A stretch of DNA of 64,000 nucleotides from an uncultured Verrucomicrobiae bacterium. GTDB lineage: Bacteria > Verrucomicrobiota > Verrucomicrobiia > Limisphaerales > UBA11358. Where the stretch lies: positions 7,184 through 71,183 of the forward strand of contig CAVXRE010000004.1 in the NCBI GenBank assembly GCA_963764175.1, read 5' to 3'. A model generated the notes under the pieces. That model was not told the DNA's origin. It saw nothing but the letters and a program-made list of their open reading frames with translations, and made no database searches. Positions 10,101 to 18,075 of this stretch are shown here, piece by piece. A program made the position numbers and the translations under genes. The stretch's first letter is position 1, and each line of letters begins with the position of its first letter.

Positions 10101-10221
10101 GCGCAAACGAATGGAGGACATTCACGGGGAATTTTCAATCGGCCCCGGCGCCAATGGCGGAACGCTGGTGCGCCTGACCATACCCATCTCCGGACTTTCT
10201 AAATCTTCATCTTCATCTTAA
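7159..10221 (+). CDS. Sensor histidine kinase with periplasmic beta-propeller (Reg_prop), Y_Y_Y domain, HisKA_3 and HATPase
   Basis: Repeated D-x-x-G-x-LWxGT blades, RFKYRLEG, TM, ERSRIARDLHD, EAVNNVVKHA, EDNGRG; start uncertain (7159 or 7165). Confidence 0.9.
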   Translation: MPMYCRALQLAGLLLCGFVPALSSAAGMAGGPGSHFIVDSWGTGEGLPQSSVISVIQARDGYLWLGTLNGLVRFDGIRFTVFDEENTPGLNSDRVTYLFEDSHTNLWIGTDTTGVGLVQDGRIKNFEIGRPGQEGKLTSACEDSTGEVWFYTADSHLALYQNGKMAVVAFNFETPAFCRMIAAEKSGGLWIADIGGMFSIRPENFNPQAIVVNESIPAERLDFILASRSGGIWRLMNGRVQKWNSGGLQKDFGPYPWGNSFVKAACEDKDGNLIVGTLGAGVFWYDANGKYERISKEQGLSSAFVLSLCMDRDGNLWVGTDGDGLDRVKRKVFNAPAEFHPWPAQSLSEDEQGGLWMTFGALGASYWRTNSMQDFHVGRSQNAWNVLVDPGQHVWVGTREEGLFQFQTNHFQPAPGAENLGPWIYALYQDRNGQLWAGTQNGLARWFGQVWKVFTTRDGLSENVVRALAEDADGGLWVGTENRGLNLFKGGKFISYQQTDDGLPGNDISSLYMDKDDVLWIGTFGHGLARFHNGRWTRFSTRDGLASNSIGYIIEDDNGDLWIGSNAGLMRIPKESLNDFADGKTSSISCRIYGEADGLPARECSIGAQPAAIRTEDGRLWFPTVKGLVSVNPAELKPNLQPPAVMIESVRVDGREQKTNLLASTWPQSITIAPGNKQLVVQLEIRYTALNFNAPDEVRFKYRLEGHETAWTDVGGARAAYYSQVPPGHYRFHVIACNEDNVWNENGSFLDITVQPQFWQTAWFRIAAIVCFLGLIIGVVRYLSTQKLQRELQAFKQQEELERERSRIARDLHDQLGANLTQVALLGEMAEADKNTPDEIESHARQISQTARDTTRSLDEIVWAVNPANDTLDGLANYACKYAQEYLALAGLRYRAEIPAQLPAIAIPPEVRHNIFLAFKEAVNNVVKHAQASEARIRLQLRKRGEASQPDSFILEIEDNGRGTGSPAPGAPTTRNGLRNMRKRMEDIHGEFSIGPGANGGTLVRLTIPISGLSKSSSSS

Positions 10222-10287
10222 TCTTAATCCTGTTGGCTGGCGGGATTACGATTAAGAGCAAGATTAAGATTGCGATTGCGATTAAGA
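10198..10287 (+). repeat. Inverted hexamer tandem-repeat hairpin at kinase/regulator junction
   Basis: tctaaa tcttca tcttca tcttaa tcttaa followed by gattac gattaa gagcaa gattaa gattgc gattgc gattaa; kinase stop lies in the left arm. Confidence 0.75.
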
Positions 10288-10296
10288 CAGGAAGAC

Positions 10297-10923
10297 ATGC
10301 CCATTTCCGTTTCCATCGTGGAAGACAACGACAAGCTGCGCGCGACGCTCGCCCGCGTGCTCAACCGCGCCGACGGTTTCCACTGCGCAAGCCAGTATGC
10401 CAGCGCCGAGGACGCGCTGAAGGATTTGCCGCAGGTGCGTCCCGACGTTGTGCTGATGGACATCAACCTGCCCGGCATGAACGGTGTCGAATGCGTGCGG
10501 CAGTTGAAACAACTGGCTCCTGAAACCCAGGTGCTGATGCTGACGGTTTACGAGGACACGGAAAACATTTTCAACGCGCTGGCGGCGGGCGCGAGCGGTT
10601 ACCTGCTCAAACGCACCTCCAGTAGGGAATTGCTGGAAGCCATCCAGCACGTGCGCAGCGGCGGTTCGCCAATGACCATGCACATTGCCCGCAAGGTCGT
10701 GCAATCCTTTCAAAAAAGCGCGGCCTCGGCGCAGGCCACGGAAAACCTTTCCGAACGCGAACAGCAGGTGCTCGACCTGTTGAGCCAGGGACTGATTTAC
10801 AAGGAAATCGCCGACAAACTCGGCATCAGCTACGAAACCGTCCACACCTACATCCGCCGCATTTACGAAAAACTGCAGGTCCGCACCCGGACCGAAGCCG
10901 TGACCAAATTTTTGCGCAGGTAA
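10297..10923 (+). CDS. NarL/LuxR family response regulator
   Basis: REC domain (VED, MDINLP) plus LuxR HTH (LSEREQQVL, YKEIAD, ETVHTYIRRIYEKL). Confidence 0.93.
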   Translation: MPISVSIVEDNDKLRATLARVLNRADGFHCASQYASAEDALKDLPQVRPDVVLMDINLPGMNGVECVRQLKQLAPETQVLMLTVYEDTENIFNALAAGASGYLLKRTSSRELLEAIQHVRSGGSPMTMHIARKVVQSFQKSAASAQATENLSEREQQVLDLLSQGLIYKEIADKLGISYETVHTYIRRIYEKLQVRTRTEAVTKFLRR

Positions 10924-10925
10924 CT

Positions 10926-11330
10926 ATGATGAAGATCAAAGGAACAATTATTCCCCAGGGATATGGTGGAGCAACCAACAGCATTAGAGAACAAGAACCG
11001 CTCATCAAACGATACGTTCCAGAAATTTCGTCAATGCGGTTTGGAACTGTAAACGTCCGCTTAGAATCGCCAATCCTAGCACCTCCTTATGATGTTGAAA
11101 CCCCTTCGATTGAATGGCAAAAAGGCCGTTGGGAAAAGTTCGGGTTCATTCGGGCTGAAATTCAACTTTGTACTCCTGAATCAGAGACCGCTCATTGTCT
11201 CTTGTATTATGCAGAAACATCTCCTTACCACTCTGATCCATTTATCGTCGAAGTTGTTACCAAAGACTTTGGCCTAATCAGGACACGGGAATGTTTTATT
11301 ATGTTAAAAGGAAAAGATTCGGCGAGTTGA
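10926..11330 (+). CDS. Hypothetical protein resembling archaeal CTP-dependent riboflavin kinase (DUF120)
   Basis: IKGTII..GYGG, FGTVNVRL and YHSD..IVEVV motifs; visibly AT-richer than flanks. Confidence 0.5.
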   Translation: MMKIKGTIIPQGYGGATNSIREQEPLIKRYVPEISSMRFGTVNVRLESPILAPPYDVETPSIEWQKGRWEKFGFIRAEIQLCTPESETAHCLLYYAETSPYHSDPFIVEVVTKDFGLIRTRECFIMLKGKDSAS

Positions 11331-11422
11331 AGTAACAAGGGCCAAGAATCCAAGATCAGCCTTCTGTCTGTGAAAAGTCAAATCTTGACCAAATGAGGAA
11401 AAGGACGTTGGATTCATCTCCT

Positions 11423-11656
11423 ATGAAAACTCAAATAGACATTAAAAGTGCTCTATGCGGGCTCGTTGTTGGCGTTCTAGCAATGCTGGCCATTGGAGCG
11501 GGAACCTCTTCAAACGAACCGGGAAAATACCAAGTTTCAAGTGCGCTTGGGTATTCAGTCATACTTGACACCCAAACAGGACAGGCTTGGACATCCGCAA
11601 TCGCAGGGCAGAATCGAAATGACGGCGGCTTCTTTGACGTGAAACAACATGAGTGA
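11423..11656 (+). CDS. Small membrane-anchored hypothetical protein
   Basis: MKTQIDIKS, hydrophobic helix, GKYQ and ILDTQTGQAW motifs. Confidence 0.65.
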   Translation: MKTQIDIKSALCGLVVGVLAMLAIGAGTSSNEPGKYQVSSALGYSVILDTQTGQAWTSAIAGQNRNDGGFFDVKQHE

Positions 11657-11923
11657 GGCATAACCGGCCAGTTTTTGACAAAATCCGGCCAAACCCATTG
11701 GGACTACTGCCTTTTCTCGCCGAGCCTCAATTTTAGCTCCAAAGCAATAGAGCATGACCCTCTGGGCCATGTAACCATAACTGGTGACTGGCAGGGGACG
11801 GGGCATCTGGTAGATTGATGGCGTCGTTGAGATGCAAAAGCGCAGTGTTCCGTGTGTGAAGTAAGCGTAAATCTGCTGCGCGGCATCCGATGAAGGTAAT
11901 TTTTGAGCAGCTTAGTTCTCATT

Positions 11924-11958
11924 AAGAGGCCGGAGTAGTGTCCGGCCTCTTTTCTTTT
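11924..11958 (+). terminator. Rho-independent terminator-like hairpin
   Basis: aagaggccgga-gtagtg-tccggcctctt followed by T-rich tail. Confidence 0.7.
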
Positions 11959-11991
11959 GTAAAACCTTTCACCCACGCAAACGCGCAGTTT

Positions 11992-12066
11992 CGTTTGGAG
12001 TCCCGCCTTTAGGCGGTTAAACGCAGTTGTCCATCCAAACACCGCCTGAAGGCGGAACTCCGAACG
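11992..12066. repeat. Intergenic REP-like doublet (same family as the ispG insertion)
   Basis: cgtttggagtcccgcctttaggcgg ... ccgcctgaaggcggaactccgaacg; each arm is a hairpin. Confidence 0.85.
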
Positions 12067-12107
12067 GCGGCAGACCCAATTGTCCCGGGTCACTCCTCAC
12101 TTGGCAA

Positions 12108-12136
12108 TTGGCATTACCCGGCGCTCCTGCTAACTT
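12108..12136 (+). promoter_or_regulatory. Putative sigma70 promoter of cdsA operon
   Basis: TTGGCA-17 nt-TAACTT with TGn extension, ending 8 nt before the ATG. Confidence 0.55.
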
Positions 12137-12144
12137 TTGCCTGC

Positions 12145-13059
12145 ATGTCAGCCGTGGTTGTGGCGACCCAAACGCCCTCTAAGCCAATGATGTTTCTCCG
12201 CCGATTGATCACTTCGGCGGTTCTCTGGACGGTCATCATTGCGGCCCTGTTTTCCACCAGCACGCTGGTGTCCGACGGCGTTTTCATTCTCATCATGGTT
12301 TTTCTCGGGCTGACCGGTCTCGCGGAATTTTACGGGCTGGCTGAAAAGCGCGGCCTGGTCTGCTTCAAATGGTGCGGGCTGTTCGGCGGCCTGTTGTTGA
12401 TGCTGGGGACGTTCTTGAACCTGACCGGCCACATCGGCACGTCGGGTTCGCCTGCGCGCGTGAACGATTTTGAAACCGGGTTCATCATCCTGTTCGTGCT
12501 CGGCTTGTGCGTGCGGCAGTTTGTCTCGCGCAGCAACATCACCGGCATTGCGGCCATTTCGGCGACGTTGTTCGGCCTGATGTATGTCCCGTGGCTGCTG
12601 AACTTCATCCAGAAAATCAATTTCTTCCCCGGCGTGGACGGCAAATTTTACGTCCTTTATTTCATCGTCGTGACGAAATTCAGCGACACTGGCGCGTACG
12701 CCGTCGGCTCGCTCATTGGCCGGAACAAGATGATCCCGCGAATCAGCCCCGGCAAGACGTGGGAGGGTTTCGGCGGCGCGATCCTGGTTTCGACGGCGGC
12801 GAGCGTGGCGTTCGCGCATTTTTTCGGCGCGAAAATGATGGGAATGAACCTCCTCCATGCCGTGATTCTTGGAATTGTCCTGAGCATCACCGCCGTCATC
12901 GGCGATTTGATTGAATCGCTGTTCAAGCGGGAGGCGGGCGTGAAGGATTCCGGCAGGCTGTTTCCGGGCATCGGCGGCATACTTGACTTGCTCGACAGTC
13001 TTTTATTCAACGCGCCCATCATGTATTTGTATTTGCGCCATATTTTGACACACCCTTGA
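12145..13059 (+). CDS. cdsA: Phosphatidate cytidylyltransferase
   Basis: SDTGAY, ISPGKTWEG, GDLIESLFKR, VKDSG..PG.GGILD motifs; upstream of dxr-rseP. Confidence 0.93.
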   Translation: MSAVVVATQTPSKPMMFLRRLITSAVLWTVIIAALFSTSTLVSDGVFILIMVFLGLTGLAEFYGLAEKRGLVCFKWCGLFGGLLLMLGTFLNLTGHIGTSGSPARVNDFETGFIILFVLGLCVRQFVSRSNITGIAAISATLFGLMYVPWLLNFIQKINFFPGVDGKFYVLYFIVVTKFSDTGAYAVGSLIGRNKMIPRISPGKTWEGFGGAILVSTAASVAFAHFFGAKMMGMNLLHAVILGIVLSITAVIGDLIESLFKREAGVKDSGRLFPGIGGILDLLDSLLFNAPIMYLYLRHILTHP

Positions 13060-13087
13060 ATTTGCGATTTACGATATACGATTTACG
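13060..13087 (+). repeat. Left heptamer array flanking four-helix-bundle gene
   Basis: atttgcg atttacg atatacg atttacg immediately after cdsA stop. Confidence 0.85.
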
Positions 13088-13117
13088 AGACGGCAGAAGA
13101 TTTGATCCCCAGATTTT

Positions 13118-13477
13118 ATGACGCGCGACGAAATGAAACAACGGACAAAGGCTTATGCCAACCGGGTTGTCAAACTTTGCTCGGCGCTTCCAAGCAACTG
13201 GATCGCCCAGACATTGGGCAAACAACTGCTCCGCAGCGGGACATCTGTTGGCGCAAATTATCGTGCCGTCTGCCGCGCCAAATCAAACTCGGATTTCATA
13301 AACAAACTCCGCATTGTTGAAGAAGAGTGCGATGAGTCCTTGTTTTGGATGGAATTGCTCGTGGACAACAACTTCATCAAGCCATCACGGCTGGGAAATT
13401 TGATGAAGGAGGCTGATGAAATTCTGGCCATTGTTGTGTCGTCGGCAAAAACCGCCCGAACGTCGCGTAGCGCGTAA
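13118..13477 (+). CDS. Four helix bundle protein (TIGR02436 / 23S rRNA IVP family)
   Basis: QLLRSGTSVGANYR, DFINKLRIVEEECDESLFWMELL, EADEILAI. Confidence 0.93.
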   Translation: MTRDEMKQRTKAYANRVVKLCSALPSNWIAQTLGKQLLRSGTSVGANYRAVCRAKSNSDFINKLRIVEEECDESLFWMELLVDNNFIKPSRLGNLMKEADEILAIVVSSAKTARTSRSA

Positions 13478-13500
13478 ATCGTATATCGTAAATTTGAAAT
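13473..13500 (+). repeat. Right heptamer array flanking four-helix-bundle gene
   Basis: cgtaaatcgtatatcgtaaat (13473-13493) is the exact reverse complement of 13067-13087; array runs into the dxr ATG. Confidence 0.88.
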
Positions 13501-14647
13501 GAAGAACGTTGTTTTACTCGGCTCGACCGGTTCCATCGGCACCAGCACCGTCAAGGTGGCTGAGGATTTGCCGGACCGCATCCGGCTGCTCGGCCTCGCC
13601 GCCGGAAACAATGCCGAATTGCTCGTCAAACAGGCGCGCAAACACCGGCCCGAAGCGATTTCCATCAACGATCCCGAAAAGGCCCGCGAACTGGAAAATA
13701 TTGGCGGGACGACGATGCGGGTTTATTCCGGCGAAAATGGTTTGATCAAGCTGGCCACGCTGCCGGGGGCGGACATTGTGCTCATTGCCATCGTCGGCAC
13801 GGCGGGACTGAAACCGGCCCTGGCCGCCATTCGCGCCGGCAAGGACATCGCCATCGCCTCAAAGGAAATCCTCGTCATGGCCGGTGAAATCGTCATGCGC
13901 GAGGCGCGCAAATACGGCGTGCGCGTGCTGGCGGTGGACAGCGAGCATTCGGCCATTTTTCAATGCCTCGACGGCAAACCTTCCGGTTCCGTCCGCAAGC
14001 TCTGGCTCACCGCATCCGGCGGGCCGTTCCGTGACGCGGCAAAATGGCCCGCTGAAAAGTTTCCTGAAATCACGGTCGAGCACGCGCTCAAACATCCGTC
14101 GTGGGTCATGGGCCGGAAAATCACGATTGATTCGGCGACGCTGTTCAACAAGGGGCTGGAAATGATCGAGGCGCGATGGCTGTTCGACGTCGGCATTGAT
14201 CGTGTCGGCGTGCTGGTGCATCCGCAGAGCATCGTCCATTCGCTGGTCGAGTTCGTGGACGGCGCGATGCTTGCCCAGCTTTCCACGCCGGACATGTGCC
14301 TGCCGATTCAATACGCGTTGACGTATCCCGACCGCGCACCGAGCGAACGCGTGCAGACCGATTTCGCCAGACTTGGCAGCCTCACGTTTGAAAAGCCGGA
14401 CGAGGAACGGTTTCCGGCGCTGGGCCTGGCGCGCAGGGCAGGGGATGTGGGCGGCACGCTGCCGGCGGTATTGAACGCCGCGAACGAAGTGGCGGTCGAA
14501 GCGTTCGTGAATCACAAAATCAATTTCCCGCAAATCACCGGAACCGTCCGGCGCGTGATGGACGCGCACAAAGCCGTTTCGCAGCCCACGCTGGAGCAGA
14601 TTTTGGAGGCGGACGCATGGGCGCGGCGGGAGGCCGCGGCAATTTGA
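13499..14647 (+). CDS. dxr: 1-deoxy-D-xylulose 5-phosphate reductoisomerase
   Basis: LLGSTGSIG, VDSEHSAIFQ, LTASGGPF, HPSWVMGRKITIDSAT, NKGLEMIEA. Confidence 0.97.
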   Translation: MKNVVLLGSTGSIGTSTVKVAEDLPDRIRLLGLAAGNNAELLVKQARKHRPEAISINDPEKARELENIGGTTMRVYSGENGLIKLATLPGADIVLIAIVGTAGLKPALAAIRAGKDIAIASKEILVMAGEIVMREARKYGVRVLAVDSEHSAIFQCLDGKPSGSVRKLWLTASGGPFRDAAKWPAEKFPEITVEHALKHPSWVMGRKITIDSATLFNKGLEMIEARWLFDVGIDRVGVLVHPQSIVHSLVEFVDGAMLAQLSTPDMCLPIQYALTYPDRAPSERVQTDFARLGSLTFEKPDEERFPALGLARRAGDVGGTLPAVLNAANEVAVEAFVNHKINFPQITGTVRRVMDAHKAVSQPTLEQILEADAWARREAAAI

Positions 14648-14725
14648 CGGGCTCGCGCAAAGATTGCGGGCCGGATTTTTGCTGATATACTCATATTGTC
14701 CCGTTGCTGGGGGCCGAAATTTAAA

Positions 14726-16120
14726 ATGACCATTTTGACTGCCATTTATGTGATTGCCGCCGTGCTGGTGTCGTTCGGCGCGGCAATTTTCATCCATGAG
14801 TTCGGCCATTATTGGGTCGCGCGAAAGCTCGGCATGAAGGTCGAGGAATTCGCCGTCGGGTTTGGCCCGAAGCTTTACAGTGTCACGCGCGATGGCATCG
14901 AATACTCATTGCGTTGGATTCCCGCCGGCGGGTTCGTGAAGCTGCCGCAGATGATTACTTCCGAGGCGCTCGAAGGCGGGTCGGTCGCGGAAGTGCCGCC
15001 CGCGCCGCCGTCGCACAAAATTCTCGTGGCTTTTGCCGGGCCGTTCATGAACGTTGTGTTCGCCTTCGCCATCGCAACGGCAATTTACTTCATTGGCCTG
15101 CCCATTCCGGTAAATCCCGCCATCATCGGTTACGTTGAGCCAAACTCGGCGGAGGCCAGGCTTGGCATTCAGGAAGGTGACCGCATCGCGGCGGTGAACG
15201 GCACGCCGGTGAAAACATGGCAGGATGTGATGCTGAACACGGTTGTGGCGCGCAGCAGTGTGATGCCGGTGGTCATCGAGCACAACGGCAAGGAGCGGAC
15301 GTATTCCCTCAAGGCCACGACCGACAACGGGCTGGGCCTGAAGCTCCTCAACCTCGACCCGCGCGACCATCCGCAGGTGTTGGAAGTGAGTTCGGGCAGT
15401 CCGGCGGAAAAGGCCGGGCTCAAGATTGGCGACCATATCATTTCCTTCGCGGGCGTTCCGATCGCCAGCCGCGATCAATTGATCGAACTGATTCGCAAAT
15501 GCGGCGGGCAACCCAACGCGATGCGGGTCGAACGCGCCGGGAAGAAAGTGACGCTGAACATCACGCCGAACATTGATCCCGGCACCCAGACGGGAAGAAT
15601 CGGCGTCGCGCTGGGCGTGGATTCCACCCAGGTTTACATGATCCAACGGCCGGGGCCGACGCCCTGGGAGCAGGTGCGTGACGTGTTGGACAAAACCTTT
15701 GCCACCATCGGCGCGCTCGCTCACTCGCGGGAGACGGGTGTTGGAGCGAAGGACTTGAGCGGACCCGTGGGAATTTTCAGCATCCTCGCCGCCCAGTTTA
15801 AAACAGATTATCGCCTGGCCCTGAGTTTCCTTGTGCTGCTCAACATCAATCTCGCCATCATCAATTTGCTGCCGATTCCCGTGCTCGACGGCGGACACAT
15901 TTTGATGGCAATCATCGAAAAAATCTGGCGCCGGCCTTTGAGCTTCAAATTCGTCGAATACACCACCACCGGTTTTGCGATGCTGTTGATTTCGCTGATG
16001 CTTTACATCACGTTTTTCGACATCAAACGATGGCAGCTTTTCCGGGCGATGTTCAACAGCAACGTGCAAATCGAGCAGACGACGACCCCCGCTGCGTCTG
16101 CGCCGGCACAGGCCAAATAA
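14726..16120 (+). CDS. rseP: RIP metalloprotease RseP with two PDZ domains
   Basis: HEFGH, AGPFMN, NLLPIPVLDGG. Confidence 0.93.
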   Translation: MTILTAIYVIAAVLVSFGAAIFIHEFGHYWVARKLGMKVEEFAVGFGPKLYSVTRDGIEYSLRWIPAGGFVKLPQMITSEALEGGSVAEVPPAPPSHKILVAFAGPFMNVVFAFAIATAIYFIGLPIPVNPAIIGYVEPNSAEARLGIQEGDRIAAVNGTPVKTWQDVMLNTVVARSSVMPVVIEHNGKERTYSLKATTDNGLGLKLLNLDPRDHPQVLEVSSGSPAEKAGLKIGDHIISFAGVPIASRDQLIELIRKCGGQPNAMRVERAGKKVTLNITPNIDPGTQTGRIGVALGVDSTQVYMIQRPGPTPWEQVRDVLDKTFATIGALAHSRETGVGAKDLSGPVGIFSILAAQFKTDYRLALSFLVLLNINLAIINLLPIPVLDGGHILMAIIEKIWRRPLSFKFVEYTTTGFAMLLISLMLYITFFDIKRWQLFRAMFNSNVQIEQTTTPAASAPAQAK

Positions 16121-16123
16121 GCC

Positions 16124-17983
16124 ATGCGCTACTGCGAATCACCGTTTTTTTATCATCGGCGGAAGACGCGCGAAATCGTCATCGGTGATCCGGCGCACGG
16201 TGGAGTCATCATCGGCGGCGACCATCCGGTCGTGATGCAATCCATGCTCACGTGCGACACGATGGACACCGCCGAATCCGTGAAGCAGACGCTGGAACTC
16301 GTTGAGGTCGGCTGCCAGCTCGTCCGCATCACTGCGCCGACGGTCAAGGATGCGGCGAATCTCCAGAATATTGTCGCTGAACTTCGCAAACGCGGCTGCC
16401 TTGTGCCGATTGTCGCCGACATCCATTTCAAGCCGGAGGCGGCGATGGAAGCGGTGAAATGGGTCGAAGTCGTGCGCGTGAATCCGGGCAATTACGCCGA
16501 TTCCAAGAAATTTGCGACCAAGGAATACACCGACGAGCAATACGCCGCCGAGTTGAAGCGCATCGAGGAAAAATTCGCGCCGCTGGTCCTCGAAGCCAAA
16601 AGGCTGAAGCGCGCCTTGCGCATCGGCACGAACCACGGCTCGCTCAGCGACCGCATCATGAACCGCTACGGCGACACGCCGCTCGGCATGGTCGAGAGCG
16701 CGCTGGAATTCGCCTGCATCTGCCGCAAGCACAACTTCCACAACTTCAAGTTCTCGATGAAGTCGTCCAACCCGAAGGTGATGATCGAGTGTTACCGGCT
16801 TTTGGTTGCGCGATTAAACGAATTGGACGAGCAGGAATTCAATCCGCAATCCGCAATCCACAATCCGCAATCGTGGAATTATCCCATCCATCTGGGCGTG
16901 ACGGAGGCGGGCGAAGGCGAGGACGGCCGCATCAAATCCGCCATCGGCATCGGCTCGCTGCTCTGCGATGGCCTCGGCGACACCATCCGCGTTTCGCTCA
17001 CCGAAGATTCGCCGCGCGAAATCGAGGTCTGCCGCGATTTATTTGCCCAGATTCCGAAACTGACCCGTTTGGAGTCCCGCCTTCAGGCGGCATCAGGAGA
17101 ACCGGCTAAAGCCGGAACTCCAAACGATTTTCCCTTTGACCCGTTTCACTTCGAACGCCGTGAAACGCCGGAGATTGAACTGGCCGACGGCGTCAAATGC
17201 GGTGGCGAACAACTCATCCGCGTCGTCGTCACCCGAGCCACCTTTGACAAGGTCGCGCACAAAATCCGTCCGAAGGATGACGTGAAGCCGGAGGCGATTT
17301 ACGAAGACCTGAACATCGCGGAGATTGACCCTGCGCAGGATTTTGAAATCAATTGCGAGACGCAGCTTGTCACGGTGAAGGACGGCGTGAAGCTTCCGGC
17401 CATCACCGCCTTTCGATTGCTCGCGGCAAAATTGAAACGGCTTGGCCGGAACAATCCAATTCTGCTCAAGGATTGCATCAACTTCGAATCCGTGCCGCTG
17501 TTGCCGAAAATCGCGCTGCTCCGGGCTGGCGTGGTGATCGGCTCATTGCTCGCGGATGGAATCGGCGACGCAATTTTGATTCGCGGCGAGGCAGGCGGCG
17601 GACAATCATTGCGGCTGGCGTACAACATTTTGCAGGCGGCGGGCTGCCGTTCGTTCAAGACCGATTACGTGGCGTGCCCGTCGTGCGGGCGGACGCTGTT
17701 CAATCTCCAGACAGTGACGGCGCGCATCAAGGCGCGGACGGAGCATCTCAAGGGCGTGAAGATTGCCATCATGGGCTGCATCGTGAACGGCCCCGGCGAA
17801 ATGGCGGACGCGGACTTTGGCTACGTGGGCGGCGCGCCCGGGAAGATCAATCTCTACGTCGGCAAGCAGGCCATCAAATTCAACATCCCCGAAGCCGAGG
17901 CTGTGGAACGCCTCGTGGACCTCATCAAGGAACACAACAAGTGGGTCGAGCCCGAAGCCAAGGAAACAGTCGCTGCGCACTGA
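16124..17983 (+). CDS. ispG: HMBPP synthase IspG (long form)
   Basis: VADIHF, RVNPGN, RIGTNHGSLS, HLGVTEAG, CPSCGR, MGCIVNGPGE. Confidence 0.97.
   Translation: MRYCESPFFYHRRKTREIVIGDPAHGGVIIGGDHPVVMQSMLTCDTMDTAESVKQTLELVEVGCQLVRITAPTVKDAANLQNIVAELRKRGCLVPIVADIHFKPEAAMEAVKWVEVVRVNPGNYADSKKFATKEYTDEQYAAELKRIEEKFAPLVLEAKRLKRALRIGTNHGSLSDRIMNRYGDTPLGMVESALEFACICRKHNFHNFKFSMKSSNPKVMIECYRLLVARLNELDEQEFNPQSAIHNPQSWNYPIHLGVTEAGEGEDGRIKSAIGIGSLLCDGLGDTIRVSLTEDSPREIEVCRDLFAQIPKLTRLESRLQAASGEPAKAGTPNDFPFDPFHFERRETPEIELADGVKCGGEQLIRVVVTRATFDKVAHKIRPKDDVKPEAIYEDLNIAEIDPAQDFEINCETQLVTVKDGVKLPAITAFRLLAAKLKRLGRNNPILLKDCINFESVPLLPKIALLRAGVVIGSLLADGIGDAILIRGEAGGGQSLRLAYNILQAAGCRSFKTDYVACPSCGRTLFNLQTVTARIKARTEHLKGVKIAIMGCIVNGPGEMADADFGYVGGAPGKINLYVGKQAIKFNIPEAEAVERLVDLIKEHNKWVEPEAKETVAAH
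16841..16873 (+). repeat. Heptamer array (AATCCGC) inside ispG
   Basis: aatccgc aatccgc aatccac aatccgc aatcg, encoding NPQSAIHNPQS. Confidence 0.85.
17066..17126. repeat. REP-like doublet inside ispG
   Basis: Left arm differs by 1 nt from 11992-12016; encodes RLESRLQAASGEPAKAGTPN. Confidence 0.88.
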
Positions 17984-18075
17984 ACTCCGTTTCTGAGGCA
18001 AGTCTGATTTCCGTTTAATCGAAATTTACGGTTTGAGAGTCATGCCATCGGTTGCGGCGCGATGGCGTTCAAGGC

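Noticed and set aside
11704..12093. 129-aa minus-strand ORF
   Set aside because: N-terminal part is a translation of the REP palindrome and terminator; the remainder has no family I can support
13118..13477. Diversity-generating retroelement, because the protein is Avd-like
   Set aside because: No reverse transcriptase and no TR/VR pair with adenine-specific differences in the window
13859..16069. Long minus-strand ORFs opposite dxr and rseP, and similar ones opposite gap, araB and the symporter
   Set aside because: Expected shadow frames in GC-rich coding DNA; the sense genes have clear family motifs
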